Under the pieces are notes generated by a model. That model ran no database searches and was not told where the DNA came from. It saw nothing but the letters and a program-made list of their open reading frames with translations. 64,000 nt of DNA from Eggerthellaceae bacterium (GTDB lineage Bacteria; Actinomycetota; Coriobacteriia; Coriobacteriales; Eggerthellaceae). Every line of letters begins with the position of its first letter. Position 1 is the first letter of the stretch. Of the stretch, positions 26,479 to 35,752 are shown piece after piece. A program made the translations under genes and the position numbers. The DNA lies in assembly GCA_045118335.1 (NCBI GenBank), contig JBGUXY010000053.1, forward strand, positions 19,365-83,364, read 5' to 3'.

Positions 26479-28323
26479 ATGGTCAACACGAGCGCAATCA
26501 GCAAACGCCATGTTCTCATCTTGGCGGGCGCCATCATTGCATTCACGATCGGCTCGGGTTTTGCAACGGGCCAGGAAATCATGCAGTACTACACGTCGTA
26601 CGGCATGGCCTTCATCGGCACGGTGGTAGTGTTCGCCGTGCTTTTCCTCTACTACAACTTCAATTTCGCCAAAGCGGGGGCCGAACAGCGCTTTGCGAGG
26701 GCGAATGACATCTACAAGTACTACTGCGGCAAGAAGCTCGGCACGGTTTTGGACTACTATTCGACGGCGTTTTGCTACATGTCGTTTTGGGTCATGATAG
26801 GTGGTGCGGCATCCACGTTGCAACAGCAGTATGCATTGCCCCACGTCGTCGGCGGCATCGTGCTCGCCGCCATTACCATCGTCACGGTAGCCGCTGGCCT
26901 TGACAAGCTGGTTGATGCCATCGGCATCGTCGGGCCCATTATCGTCGTGCTCGTCATCATCATCGCCATCGTCACCCTGGTGGGCAACGCCAGCAGCATG
27001 CCCGATGGGCTGGCGGCCATTGCCAGCGCGCCCGATGGGTTGCAAGGTGCTACGGCCGACAACAACATCAAGCAGGCGGCGGCCGACGGTGTCGTGCCGG
27101 GTTGGCTGATGTCCGGCTTTTCCTATGCGGGTTTCGTATTGCTGTGGTTTGCTGCTTTCACTTCTGCTCTGGGCATGAAAAACAAACTGGTCGAGCTCAA
27201 CAGGGGTATCATCGGTGGCACCATCGCCGTGTGCGCAGCTATCCTGTTGGTGACGCTGGCGCAGGTTTGCACCATCAACGTCGAATCACTTTCCAACCCG
27301 GGCGTCTACGTGTGGAATGCCGACATTCCCAACCTCATCTTGGCAGAAAAGATTCTCCCGGCATTCAGCGCCGTGTTCGCCATAGTCGTGTTCGCGGGTA
27401 TTTACACCACGGCTGTACCCCTGCTGTACAATCCCGTTTCGCGCTTTGCCGAAGAGGGTACTATGCGCTTCCGTCTTCTGGCTCTGGCCTTGGGAATCAT
27501 CGGTACGGTTGTCGGTTTGTTCTTGCCATTCCGCGTATTGGTTAACGTCATCTACGTCATCAACGGCTATGTAGGTGCTGCACTGCTGATCTTCATGGTG
27601 GCTCGCAACATCCGCGACTTCGTTCGCAAGCGCAGCGGTGCTGTGGACGATGTCAGCACAGGCGTGCAGCCCGAGGCCGTCTATGCCGCGGAAGGGCAGG
27701 ACTATGTCGGCGATGGCATGAGTCGTTATGCCGAGGTGGCCACCAGCGCGTCGACGCGCCAAATCGATGCCATTGCGCGCATCGCCGAGGCTGCTGCAGC
27801 GCTGCTGGCAGCTGAAGGGCCGCAAGCCGTCACTGCAACGCAGGTCGCCGAACAAGCTGGTGTGTCCACGTCTGAGGTCGTCGAGCACTTTGCAAAAAGC
27901 GACGAGTTGTTGCTGGAGGCAGCTGAGACGAATGCGACTGAATGGGTGGAGCTTGCCCGACGTGCAGCCGACCATGCCGAGTCTCTGTCGCACGAAGAAG
28001 CACATGAGCGCATCGTGGAACTGCTGGTGGAAGCACATCTGCCCGCATCCGACTGGGTTCCCGTCAACTGGCTTGGCCAGATGATGCTCGTTGGCGAATC
28101 GGATACGGTCATGGGTGTCTATCGCCAGTATCGCCCCCTCATCAATGCCGAGCTCAGCCGTATCCTCATCCATGCACGCGTGGATATCGAGCCCTGGTTG
28201 GTGAAGTCGGTGGTGGATGGTGCCACGATCAAAGCGGTATCGGAAGGATACATGATTCGGCCTACCGTTACCGAACAGCTGACCAAGCTGCTGGAGTTCA
28301 ATAGGCTTCCCGTCCAGCGCTAG
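26479..28323 (+). CDS. YkvI-family membrane (transporter-like) domain fused to a C-terminal TetR-like regulator domain
   Basis: N-terminal 390 aa: IGSGFATGQEIMQYY motif and about 10-11 TM helices, typical of YkvI. C-terminal 200 aa: HTH-like VTATQVAEQAGVSTSEVVEHFAKSDELLLEA followed by a helical ligand-domain-like region. It is a single uninterrupted ORF. Confidence 0.75.
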   Translation: MVNTSAISKRHVLILAGAIIAFTIGSGFATGQEIMQYYTSYGMAFIGTVVVFAVLFLYYNFNFAKAGAEQRFARANDIYKYYCGKKLGTVLDYYSTAFCYMSFWVMIGGAASTLQQQYALPHVVGGIVLAAITIVTVAAGLDKLVDAIGIVGPIIVVLVIIIAIVTLVGNASSMPDGLAAIASAPDGLQGATADNNIKQAAADGVVPGWLMSGFSYAGFVLLWFAAFTSALGMKNKLVELNRGIIGGTIAVCAAILLVTLAQVCTINVESLSNPGVYVWNADIPNLILAEKILPAFSAVFAIVVFAGIYTTAVPLLYNPVSRFAEEGTMRFRLLALALGIIGTVVGLFLPFRVLVNVIYVINGYVGAALLIFMVARNIRDFVRKRSGAVDDVSTGVQPEAVYAAEGQDYVGDGMSRYAEVATSASTRQIDAIARIAEAAAALLAAEGPQAVTATQVAEQAGVSTSEVVEHFAKSDELLLEAAETNATEWVELARRAADHAESLSHEEAHERIVELLVEAHLPASDWVPVNWLGQMMLVGESDTVMGVYRQYRPLINAELSRILIHARVDIEPWLVKSVVDGATIKAVSEGYMIRPTVTEQLTKLLEFNRLPVQR

Positions 28324-28341
28324 AAGATCGGGAAGCAGGAA

Positions 28342-28386
28342 AACGGGGCGGACCGACGATTGATCGGTCCGCCCCGTTCGCTTTTG
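28342..28386. terminator. Strong bidirectional terminator between convergent genes
   Basis: Perfect 15-bp stem AACGGGGCGGACCGA / TCGGTCCGCCCCGTT, followed by CGCTTTTGC. Confidence 0.85.
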
Positions 28387-28405
28387 CAACGCTATGCTGG
28401 CAGCG

Positions 28406-29827
28406 CTAACGCTGCAGGTGTTCTAGAACCTCGGTCTCTAGTTTGGTGGCGAAGTAGTACGATTGGCTCACCTTGCCCATGGCTTTGCCCATGTACACCT
28501 GCTGACCGTTTTTGTACAAATCGCCCAGGCAGTAGATGGGGTAGTTCAGCGGCACGACGTCTTCCACGATGCGGTAACCCATGAACGTGTTGTTCGTTTG
28601 GGTGTAGGTGGCAGTCGGTGCCGTGGTGGTGTGCGTTGGCGTTTGGGTGGGGGCATGCGAGCTGCTCGAGCTGCTGCTCATGCTGGCGAGCAAGGCGCTC
28701 AACCCTATGTTGAGCAAAGCGCTGCCCAAATCGCCTGTCTTTCCAGAGCCATATCCGCCGTAGTAGGGGCTCATCGGGCCTCCGAGATAGGGGTTTTGCT
28801 GCAAACCGCCCATGCCGGCTCCACCCAGCCCCAGAAACGCATCCAAGCCAGTGGGAATCTTGCCCGAGCCCAAGTTCACCGTGGTGACATGCTGTTGCGG
28901 CGGCTTGGAACCGCCCAGGCTCACCGAAGAGGAGTGTTGCTGGGGCTTTCCGCTGCCGATGGGATGCTGCGACGTTGGCTTGCCGTTGAATCCGCCTTTG
29001 GGAGGCTTGCCATCGCGGTGCTTTTCGTCGAAGTAGACGTTCGAGGCGCTCGGAGCGCCGACTTGCGTTGCGCGTCCAGCTGGGGATTGGGCGCCTGCGA
29101 ATGCGGGTTGCATGCTCAGGCCTGCGAATCCGAAGGCGCTATCCATGGCCAAGCGGGCCTTCTCGGGTGCGAGAACCGTCCAGTTCCATACGTTGCGCAG
29201 TCCCTCGTGCAAGCCGCGTGCGGTGTCTGCGACCATGAGTTTCGCTGCTCCCGTGCCGGAAATCGAAGCGGTTCGGTTGGAAATCGCCTTGCTGAAATCG
29301 GACGTGGGACCTTCGATGTGGTTCATCGAGTTCACCAAGATCACGTTTTTGCCGAACGTGTCCAACGCCACGTATACCTTGGTATCGCACGAGCTGTCGG
29401 TGAAGTAGAACGGGTCGAACGAACGCTCTTGGGCGACGAGCGTTTCGATCTCGCGGCCGTTCACGCGTTCGATTTTGTAACAGCGCACATCGTAATAGGC
29501 CACCTGCCGCTTGCTGTAGGGGGCCGTAACGCCACCGCTGCTCTGCGTGACGCCCGTGAGCTCGCAGAACTGGCGATAGTTTTGCGTTGTCTGCCCCAGG
29601 TCTTCCAAGATGGCCACCTGGTCGACCACGCGGCTCGTCTGCGTAGCCCTGATGTCGTCGAGGATCTGCTGCTTGTTGCCGTCCACGAGCATCGATGACC
29701 CCTGGGTCGTTTGCGTCGGGGCCTGTTCTGCAGCGTTGTTCTGCTTGGCCTTGCGCATGCCCCTTATCAGAAGCACGACCAACACGATGACCAAGATCAA
29801 ACCGATAAGCTCTAAAGAATCATCCAT
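28406..29827 (-). CDS. Membrane-anchored GIDE-like domain protein with a long G/P/S/Q-rich insert
   Basis: Track ORF 28406..29869. ATG 29827 (MDDSLELIGLILVIVLVVLLI) follows GAGGA. APYSKRQVAYYDVRCYKIERVNG ... FYFTDSSCDTKVYV and the C-terminal IYCLGDLYKNG ... YYFATKLETEVL resemble bacterial GIDE-domain proteins. The family call rests on pattern memory only. Confidence 0.55.
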   Translation of the reverse strand: MDDSLELIGLILVIVLVVLLIRGMRKAKQNNAAEQAPTQTTQGSSMLVDGNKQQILDDIRATQTSRVVDQVAILEDLGQTTQNYRQFCELTGVTQSSGGVTAPYSKRQVAYYDVRCYKIERVNGREIETLVAQERSFDPFYFTDSSCDTKVYVALDTFGKNVILVNSMNHIEGPTSDFSKAISNRTASISGTGAAKLMVADTARGLHEGLRNVWNWTVLAPEKARLAMDSAFGFAGLSMQPAFAGAQSPAGRATQVGAPSASNVYFDEKHRDGKPPKGGFNGKPTSQHPIGSGKPQQHSSSVSLGGSKPPQQHVTTVNLGSGKIPTGLDAFLGLGGAGMGGLQQNPYLGGPMSPYYGGYGSGKTGDLGSALLNIGLSALLASMSSSSSSSHAPTQTPTHTTTAPTATYTQTNNTFMGYRIVEDVVPLNYPIYCLGDLYKNGQQVYMGKAMGKVSQSYYFATKLETEVLEHLQR

Positions 29828-29935
29828 AATGCCATCCTCTGGGGAATCAGCTTTTGGGGGTGGGCGCACCGGGCGTGGTGCGCTCGTCGCAACGGTGCAT
29901 GGGCTCTCGAGGGTGCCACTGCGCCAGAGAGCGGC

Positions 29936-30607
29936 TTATAAGCCCATTTCTGCCTTCAGGCGCGCAAGTTCGGTGTCAACGGCATCCTCGTGTGCGAGCT
30001 GCGCGAAGTCGTCGACGTCGGATGCGGTAACGCCATAGCCGCTGACTTGGGCATACGCTTCGGCGGTTGCTTCCTTTTCGGCAATCTTGCGCTCCATGCT
30101 GTCGAGCTTGGCGAATGCAGAGTCCATGTTGGTGGTGCTGACGCTGCTGGCTACTCCTGCGGCAGCTTCGGCCATGCGGGCGCGGGCGATTAGCACGTTT
30201 TGACGGGCGCGGGCTTCGTCGAGCTTCATCTTCAGGGTCTGGACCTGGTCCTTCAGCCTGTCTACCTGTGCCGTGATGGCATCGTAGGATTCCTGGAGCT
30301 GGTCCACCTGGGCCTCGAGGCCCACCTTGCAGTCAAGTGCCCTGCGGGCAAGGTCTTCGTTGCCGTTCTTCAGGGCGAGCTTCGCCTTGTCGTTCCAATC
30401 GGCGACTTCGGCCTTCGCATCGGCAAGTTCTTTGGCGGCGATCTTCTGCGAGCCCATCGCCTGGCCAAGGGCTTGCGTGGCTTCATCCACCTGCTCTTCC
30501 ATTTCGATGATCATTTGCTTGACCATCTTCTCGGGGTCTTCTGCCTTGTCGATGAGGTCGTTGACGTTTGCTTTCAAGATGTCTGCGATACGGGAGAAAA
30601 TAGCCAT
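29936..30607 (-). CDS. pspA: Phage shock protein A / IM30 family
   Basis: Track ORF 29936..30616. MAIFSRIADILKANVNDLIDKAEDPEKMVKQMIIEMEEQV is the canonical PspA N-terminus. ATG 30607 follows AAAGGTGA. Confidence 0.9.
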   Translation of the reverse strand: MAIFSRIADILKANVNDLIDKAEDPEKMVKQMIIEMEEQVDEATQALGQAMGSQKIAAKELADAKAEVADWNDKAKLALKNGNEDLARRALDCKVGLEAQVDQLQESYDAITAQVDRLKDQVQTLKMKLDEARARQNVLIARARMAEAAAGVASSVSTTNMDSAFAKLDSMERKIAEKEATAEAYAQVSGYGVTASDVDDFAQLAHEDAVDTELARLKAEMGL

Positions 30608-30918
30608 GTGAATCACCTTTCATCTGGACACTGATATGGCCGCCGGAGTCGCTAGCTCGCGCATGGCATGCATGGTGTCTCGATGTCGGGCGCAAGCCGT
30701 TCTCTTGGTGGCTACATTATCTCATATTTCTGAATTCCTACTGTAGTGCACTTGGGAAGCAAATGCCGTTTGTTTGAAGCTGACGTGCTCGAAAACAGCT
30801 GAGATTGGCGAATACATGGCAAGCTGCCGTTCCTGCCGATTCGCCGCAAGCGGAAGGTTTAGAATTGCAGTTGCGCATGCGCGAGCATCGCATGGGTGCA
30901 ATACGCGAGAGGAAAGAC

Positions 30919-31641
30919 ATGTCGAAGCTTATCATCGAAGAGTCATTTTGGAAGCTGTTTCCCGATGCCGCCATCGGCATCGTCGTCGCGCGGGACATGA
31001 AGCACGCCGAAGAGGTTGGCGAAGACGACCAGCAGTCGATTGCGCAGATGCTTGCCCAGGCGAATCGCGAAGCGGGCCGGTATCTGACGAGTGAGACTAT
31101 CTCGCAAAACGAGGTCGTGGCCGTCTGGCGTGATGCCTACCGGAAATTCAAGACCAAAAAAGGCGTGCGCTGCTCGATAGAGGCGCTCCTCAAACGGGTT
31201 CTGAAGGGGAATCCCGTAGGTCATATCACGCCTGCGGTGGATATCTACAATGCCATTTCGTTGAAGTACGCCCTTCCGGTGGGTGGTATGAATTCCGATG
31301 CGTTCGAGGGCGATGTGCGCCTGCGCATCACCGAAGGCGGGGATGCGTTTCGTCCCATAGGCGAAGACGACGATGACCCCACGTTGCCAGGAGAGCTCTG
31401 CTACCTCGATGATGCTGGCGCCATTTGCCGCTGCCTGAACTGGCGTGATGGTGCGCGAACCGCGCTTTCCGATGAAAGCAGCAATGCCCTCCTGGTCATG
31501 GAATGCGTTGATTCGCAACGCGTGGACATCCTTCGAGAAGCCATTGACGATTTTGCCAGTTGCATGAACCGCTATTTGGGAGCGGATATCGTGCTCGCGC
31601 GTATCGTTACGCGCGACGATCCGGAAGTGGAGATTTCTTAA
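30919..31641 (+). CDS. B3/B4 tRNA-binding-domain protein (PheT-related, stand-alone)
   Basis: Track ORF 30805..31641. ATG 30919 follows GAGAGGAAAG. VDIYNAISLKYALPVGGMNSDAF ... LCYLDDAGAICRCLNWRDGARTAL. Confidence 0.7.
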   Translation: MSKLIIEESFWKLFPDAAIGIVVARDMKHAEEVGEDDQQSIAQMLAQANREAGRYLTSETISQNEVVAVWRDAYRKFKTKKGVRCSIEALLKRVLKGNPVGHITPAVDIYNAISLKYALPVGGMNSDAFEGDVRLRITEGGDAFRPIGEDDDDPTLPGELCYLDDAGAICRCLNWRDGARTALSDESSNALLVMECVDSQRVDILREAIDDFASCMNRYLGADIVLARIVTRDDPEVEIS

Positions 31642-31642
31642 C

Positions 31643-32113
31643 ATGATTTCGCAAATGCGCAGAAGCGATCGGGCCATGAGTCCTGAAGAGGCCGACGAGT
31701 TGTTGGGCCGCTGCTTATACGGCGTTCTTTCCACCGTTTGCGATGATGGGCAGCCATACGGTGTGCCCATCAGCTATGCCTACGATGGCAAGCGCATCAT
31801 CGTGCACTGTGCCCAGGGGGTGGGGCAAAAGCTCGTGAACATGCATGCCGAGCCGCGCGTGAGCTTTACCGTAGTCGGAGATGTGCAAACCGAGCCGGGT
31901 AAGTTCACGACCAAATACGAAAGCGCGATCGTCATCGGCGAGGCGCATGAGATTTCGGATACCGAGGCCAAGAAGGCCGCTCTTCACCTTCTCATCGACA
32001 AATACAGCAACGATTTCCAGGAGCGTGGAGCCAAGTACATAGACGGTGCAGCGGCGAAGGCGAGTGTGTTCGAAATAACCATTCAACACGTGACGGGCAA
32101 AGCGCGCCGCTAG
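31643..32113 (+). CDS. Pyridoxamine 5'-phosphate oxidase-like FMN-binding protein (NimA-like)
   Basis: MRRSDRAMSPEEADELLGRCLYGVLSTVCDDGQPYGVPISYAY ... VHCAQGVGQKL. Confidence 0.8.
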   Translation: MISQMRRSDRAMSPEEADELLGRCLYGVLSTVCDDGQPYGVPISYAYDGKRIIVHCAQGVGQKLVNMHAEPRVSFTVVGDVQTEPGKFTTKYESAIVIGEAHEISDTEAKKAALHLLIDKYSNDFQERGAKYIDGAAAKASVFEITIQHVTGKARR

Positions 32114-32182
32114 CCCGCATGACGGCTAATTGTTACAATACGAAACCGATGCGCATTCACGATGACCACGGGAGCTTAGGCT

Positions 32183-32569
32183 ATGCGGAGTAACGAATCC
32201 ACCGAGATGTATCTGGAGACCATTCACGTCCTGCATCAGGAAAAGGAAAAGGTGCATGCGGTTGACATCGCGAAGCGCATGGGCTATTCCAAGCCGACGA
32301 TCAGCGAATGGATGGCGAAGCTGCGCAAGCTTGGTTACGTGGAAATGGATGGCAGCAACATCATGCTCACGGAAGCGGGCGAGGAAATCGCCCGGAAAAT
32401 CTACGAGCGCCATGTGCTGCTCACCGCGTTGTTTCGCAGTATCGGCGTGAGCGAGGAAATCGCCTCCGAGGATGCGTGTCGTGTGGAGCACTATATCAGC
32501 GACGAGACGTTCCAGTGCCTGCGTGACCACTACGATGATATCTATGGCAGTATTTCGTCTATTGGCTAA
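32183..32569 (+). CDS. DtxR/MntR-family metal-dependent transcriptional regulator
   Basis: TEMYLETIHVLHQEKEKVHAVDIAKRMGYSKPTISEWMAKLRKLGYV ... EDACRVEHYIS. Confidence 0.85.
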   Translation: MRSNESTEMYLETIHVLHQEKEKVHAVDIAKRMGYSKPTISEWMAKLRKLGYVEMDGSNIMLTEAGEEIARKIYERHVLLTALFRSIGVSEEIASEDACRVEHYISDETFQCLRDHYDDIYGSISSIG

Positions 32570-32608
32570 GGCAAGCTGCCGTTGCCAGCTAAAGAAAGGT
32601 AGATACTC

Positions 32609-33802
32609 ATGGATTCGACCGCTCGTCTGACGCGCGGATGCGTGTTGTGCTCGCTTGTCCTCTTTTTCGTGATGCTGTCTGCAGGCTGGATGGCGATGCC
32701 TGCGGTTGCCTGGGCGGAAGAGGGCGTGTTCGGCGAGCAAGATGGTGAAGTCGACAACGACACGGCGGGCAACGTGGTCATGGCGGGCAATTCCGTAAGC
32801 GTTACGCACGATGTGCAACGCGATGCCATGCTGGCAGGACGCGAGGTCAAAGTTGCCGACGTATCGGTTGCCGGTGACGTTCTTGCTGCAGGACAAACCG
32901 TGCGCGTGGCGGATTCTCGGATAGCTGGCAACGTTCGTGCAGCGGGGGATGCTTTGGTCGTCGAGAGCGTGGACGTTGCAGGTAACGTGACCGCCTGCGG
33001 GAACAGCGTTGAAATCGGGGGCGATTCGAAAGCGGCGTCGATATACGCTTTTGGCAGCTACCTCGCTTATGAAGGAACGGCGCAATACGTTGCGCTTTCG
33101 GGGCAGCAGGTGCAATTCGATGGCGAAGTCGACGGAGATGTGCATATCGATGCGAGTTCGGTTGCGATTGGCGAAAACGCGCGGGTGACGGGCACGCTTA
33201 CCGTGGAGGGGGCGCAGCCCGATGTCGCCCCCGGTGCCCAGGTGGAGTCGATGAACGTGCAGGCTGCCGATGAGGGAAGCGTTGCGCAGAGCTTCCTTGC
33301 CTCTTTGGTCAACGCCATCGTGCTTCTTTTCACCTTGATAGCCACCATCGCGGTCATCTGGTGGATAGCTCCTGGCGCAGCGCAGGATTCCCTGTTCATG
33401 TTCCGGGCGCGTACCGCACCCATGATTGTGACCGGTGTGGTGGCTTTGCTGGCAATGCCGTTCGCGATAGCCGTCTTGCTGGCAAGCGGAATCGGCATGC
33501 TGTTGGCGATCGTGCTCATATGCCTGGTTGTAGTTATGGCCGTGTTGGGGATGCCCTTCATGTGCGCTGCCATATCGCGACGCATCATGCGCGGTTCTCG
33601 GGAATGGGTCGTTGTGGCAATGGCGGCAGCTATAGCAGGGTTCATGCTGAGCGTGCCCATTGCCAACATGCTTGGAATGCTGTGTGGCTGCGTGTACTTT
33701 GCGGGTTATGTGCTGCAGCTTCTTTTCCTCAAGATAAGCGCCAGGAGTGCCATGCGCTCTTCGAAAGCCAGCGCCGGAAACGAGCAGGCGGGCGAACGCT
33801 GA
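32609..33802 (+). CDS. Secreted repeat (beta-helix/bactofilin-like) domain plus C-terminal multi-TM domain, unknown function
   Basis: Signal peptide ending AVAWA|EE. Repeated V/A-G-D/N-V units (AGNVVMAGNSVSV, VAGDVLAAGQTVRV, IAGNVRAAGDALVV ...), then 4-5 TM helices. Confidence 0.55.
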   Translation: MDSTARLTRGCVLCSLVLFFVMLSAGWMAMPAVAWAEEGVFGEQDGEVDNDTAGNVVMAGNSVSVTHDVQRDAMLAGREVKVADVSVAGDVLAAGQTVRVADSRIAGNVRAAGDALVVESVDVAGNVTACGNSVEIGGDSKAASIYAFGSYLAYEGTAQYVALSGQQVQFDGEVDGDVHIDASSVAIGENARVTGTLTVEGAQPDVAPGAQVESMNVQAADEGSVAQSFLASLVNAIVLLFTLIATIAVIWWIAPGAAQDSLFMFRARTAPMIVTGVVALLAMPFAIAVLLASGIGMLLAIVLICLVVVMAVLGMPFMCAAISRRIMRGSREWVVVAMAAAIAGFMLSVPIANMLGMLCGCVYFAGYVLQLLFLKISARSAMRSSKASAGNEQAGER

Positions 33803-33881
33803 AAATAGTTGCGCAACGAGCTGCGCCGTCAAAGCGGTATCTTTTGGGCATAAGGAAGAGCTTGAACGAAAGAAGGCTTCA

Positions 33882-34724
33882 GTGTTTTGCCCGAAATGCG
33901 GAAAAGACCTGCTTGAAGATGCGAAGTTCTGCCCGAGATGCGGAGCCGGGATTGCGGAGTGCGATTTTGACAAGGCTCCCCATGCAATTGAAGGCCAACA
34001 ATCTGGGTATGCAGTGCAACCTTCAACGACATTGGGGGGCGGCCGGTTTGCCTATGCGGGTCAAGCTGGCGCACTTCGTCGGCAGGGGGCTTTCGCCGCA
34101 GCGGCGCCTGCTAACGTGCAGGTACCCAACGTCGCCAAGGTAGCGGCTCGCTCCAGCAGCGAACCTGTTGCTCGCCGGACGCCGAAGGCAACTGCATCCA
34201 CGAGCGTCTTCACCCCTGTTGGCATTGCAGCGCGCATTGCCACCGTGCTAACGGTTGTTCTCATGTTCATGCCGTGGCTGCGAGTGGACGTATTGGAAGA
34301 GCTGCAGGGATATGCGTCGCTTCTGGGTTACGACATTCCAGCAAAGACGAGCTTCACCATGCTCAATGTGGATGCCGTCACGAGCACGCTCGACCTGATT
34401 TCCTCTTCCGATTCCTACAGCGCGCTTCACGCAGTCTTCTATGGCTTCTGGATTGCCGCCCTGGTGCTCGCGGGCGCTGGTCTGGTGCTTTCCTTTACGG
34501 GCAGGAAATCCACGCGGATGCTCGTCCCCGGCGCCATCGCCGCAACGCTAGTGGCGCTGCTGTGGTTTGTCGCGATAACGAACCTTAATGCGCATTACGC
34601 CAGCCAAATGACTCAACTCATCGGTTTCGACACGCAGTTCTTCTCGCTGCCTTGGGCGGTTTGGGCTACGGCAGTCATGGGCATTGTCACGGCGGTGCTG
34701 GGTTTCGCCGGCAAACGCAGCTAG
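33882..34724 (+). CDS. Zinc-ribbon N-terminus plus membrane protein, unknown function
   Basis: Track ORF 33747..34724. GTG 33882 lies 5 nt after GAAAGAAGG. VFCPKCGKDLLEDAKFCPRCG is followed by a linker and 4-5 TM helices. Confidence 0.6.
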   Translation: MFCPKCGKDLLEDAKFCPRCGAGIAECDFDKAPHAIEGQQSGYAVQPSTTLGGGRFAYAGQAGALRRQGAFAAAAPANVQVPNVAKVAARSSSEPVARRTPKATASTSVFTPVGIAARIATVLTVVLMFMPWLRVDVLEELQGYASLLGYDIPAKTSFTMLNVDAVTSTLDLISSSDSYSALHAVFYGFWIAALVLAGAGLVLSFTGRKSTRMLVPGAIAATLVALLWFVAITNLNAHYASQMTQLIGFDTQFFSLPWAVWATAVMGIVTAVLGFAGKRS

Positions 34725-34816
34725 TGTGCTTGTCCATTGCGAGGCAGGTTGCGCTACAGATACCACAAAGATCGCTTTACGTTGATTTTGCTTGTCGCTA
34801 TACTGTGCTCATGAAT

Positions 34817-34972
34817 TCTGTTTCAGGGCGGGGTGAAAGTCCCCACTGGCGGTAATGCGAACGGCGTGGCCAAACCGCGCATCGCGAGTCCGCGACCCCC
34901 TGGTGTATTCCAGGGGCTGACTTGGGTGAGATTCCCAGACCAACGGTAACAGTCCGGATGGAAGAGGCAGAG
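34817..34972 (+). promoter_or_regulatory. FMN riboswitch (RFN element)
   Basis: Conserved RFN blocks TCAGGGCGGGGTGAAAGTCCCCACTGGCGGTAA, AGTCCGCGACC, GGTGTATTCCAGGGGCTGA and ACGGTAACAGTCCGGATGGAAGAGGCAG, directly upstream of a RibU-type gene. Confidence 0.85.
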
Positions 34973-35088
34973 TTTCCGCCCCAGGCGGCAAACCCTTAAC
35001 CTGTGCGAAAAGAATTCACGCTGGCAGCCGTGAGCCCGAGGTGCGGCATGCTGGGTTCTGCACGGCCTCGGGGGATGGAAGGTTTGTC

Positions 35089-35652
35089 ATGCCTGAAATG
35101 AAGAACACGAACAAATGGGATACTCGCACGTTGGTGACCATGGCGCTGCTAGCCGCCATCGGCATCCTGCTGAGCTTCATCGAGTTTCCCCTCTTCGCTG
35201 CCGCCCCGTTCCTGAAGCTGGATGTGTCTTTCGTGCCCAGCGCGGTGGTGGGCTTTGCCTACGGACCGGTTGCTGGCGTGATCGTTGGCATCATCGTGGC
35301 CGTGGCCCATGCGATGATCGATGGTAACTGGGTGGGCGCCATCATGAACACGATCATGGTGCTTTCCTTCGTGCTGCCGGCTGCGCTGGTGTACAAGTTC
35401 AACCGCACGCTGAAAGGCGCCATCATCGGCTTGGTGCTGGGCCTGGTCATCCAAACCGTCGTATCGGTTCCCGCCAACGTGCTCATCGATCCGCTCTACG
35501 GCGTGGACGCATCTATCGTCATGAGCCTGGCGGGCTGGATCGTGGCCTTCAACGTGGTGAAGGGCATTGTGAACTCTGTGCTCACCGGTGTGGTGTACAA
35601 GAGCATCTCGAATCTGATCACTCCCAAAAAGGACCAGGTCAAGGGCCGCTAA
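35089..35652 (+). CDS. ribU: ECF transporter S component, riboflavin (RibU-like)
   Basis: Track ORF 35041..35652. ATG 35089 follows GGAAGG. KWDTRTLVTMALLAAIGILLSFIEFPLF, six TM helices, FMN riboswitch upstream. Confidence 0.85.
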   Translation: MPEMKNTNKWDTRTLVTMALLAAIGILLSFIEFPLFAAAPFLKLDVSFVPSAVVGFAYGPVAGVIVGIIVAVAHAMIDGNWVGAIMNTIMVLSFVLPAALVYKFNRTLKGAIIGLVLGLVIQTVVSVPANVLIDPLYGVDASIVMSLAGWIVAFNVVKGIVNSVLTGVVYKSISNLITPKKDQVKGR

Positions 35653-35752
35653 CATCCACGAAAAGCACGCGTGCCAAAGGAGCGTGCCAATAATGGTCAG
35701 GCCAAACGTCTTGTGCGTTGGCCATCTTGCGGGGAAGAACGATTGCTGAAAT

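Noticed and set aside
32126-33973. 615-aa minus-strand ORF
   Set aside because: It lies antisense to three well-supported + strand genes (DtxR-family regulator, signal-peptide/TM protein, zinc-ribbon membrane protein). Its translation is R/H/A/G-rich and shadow-like.
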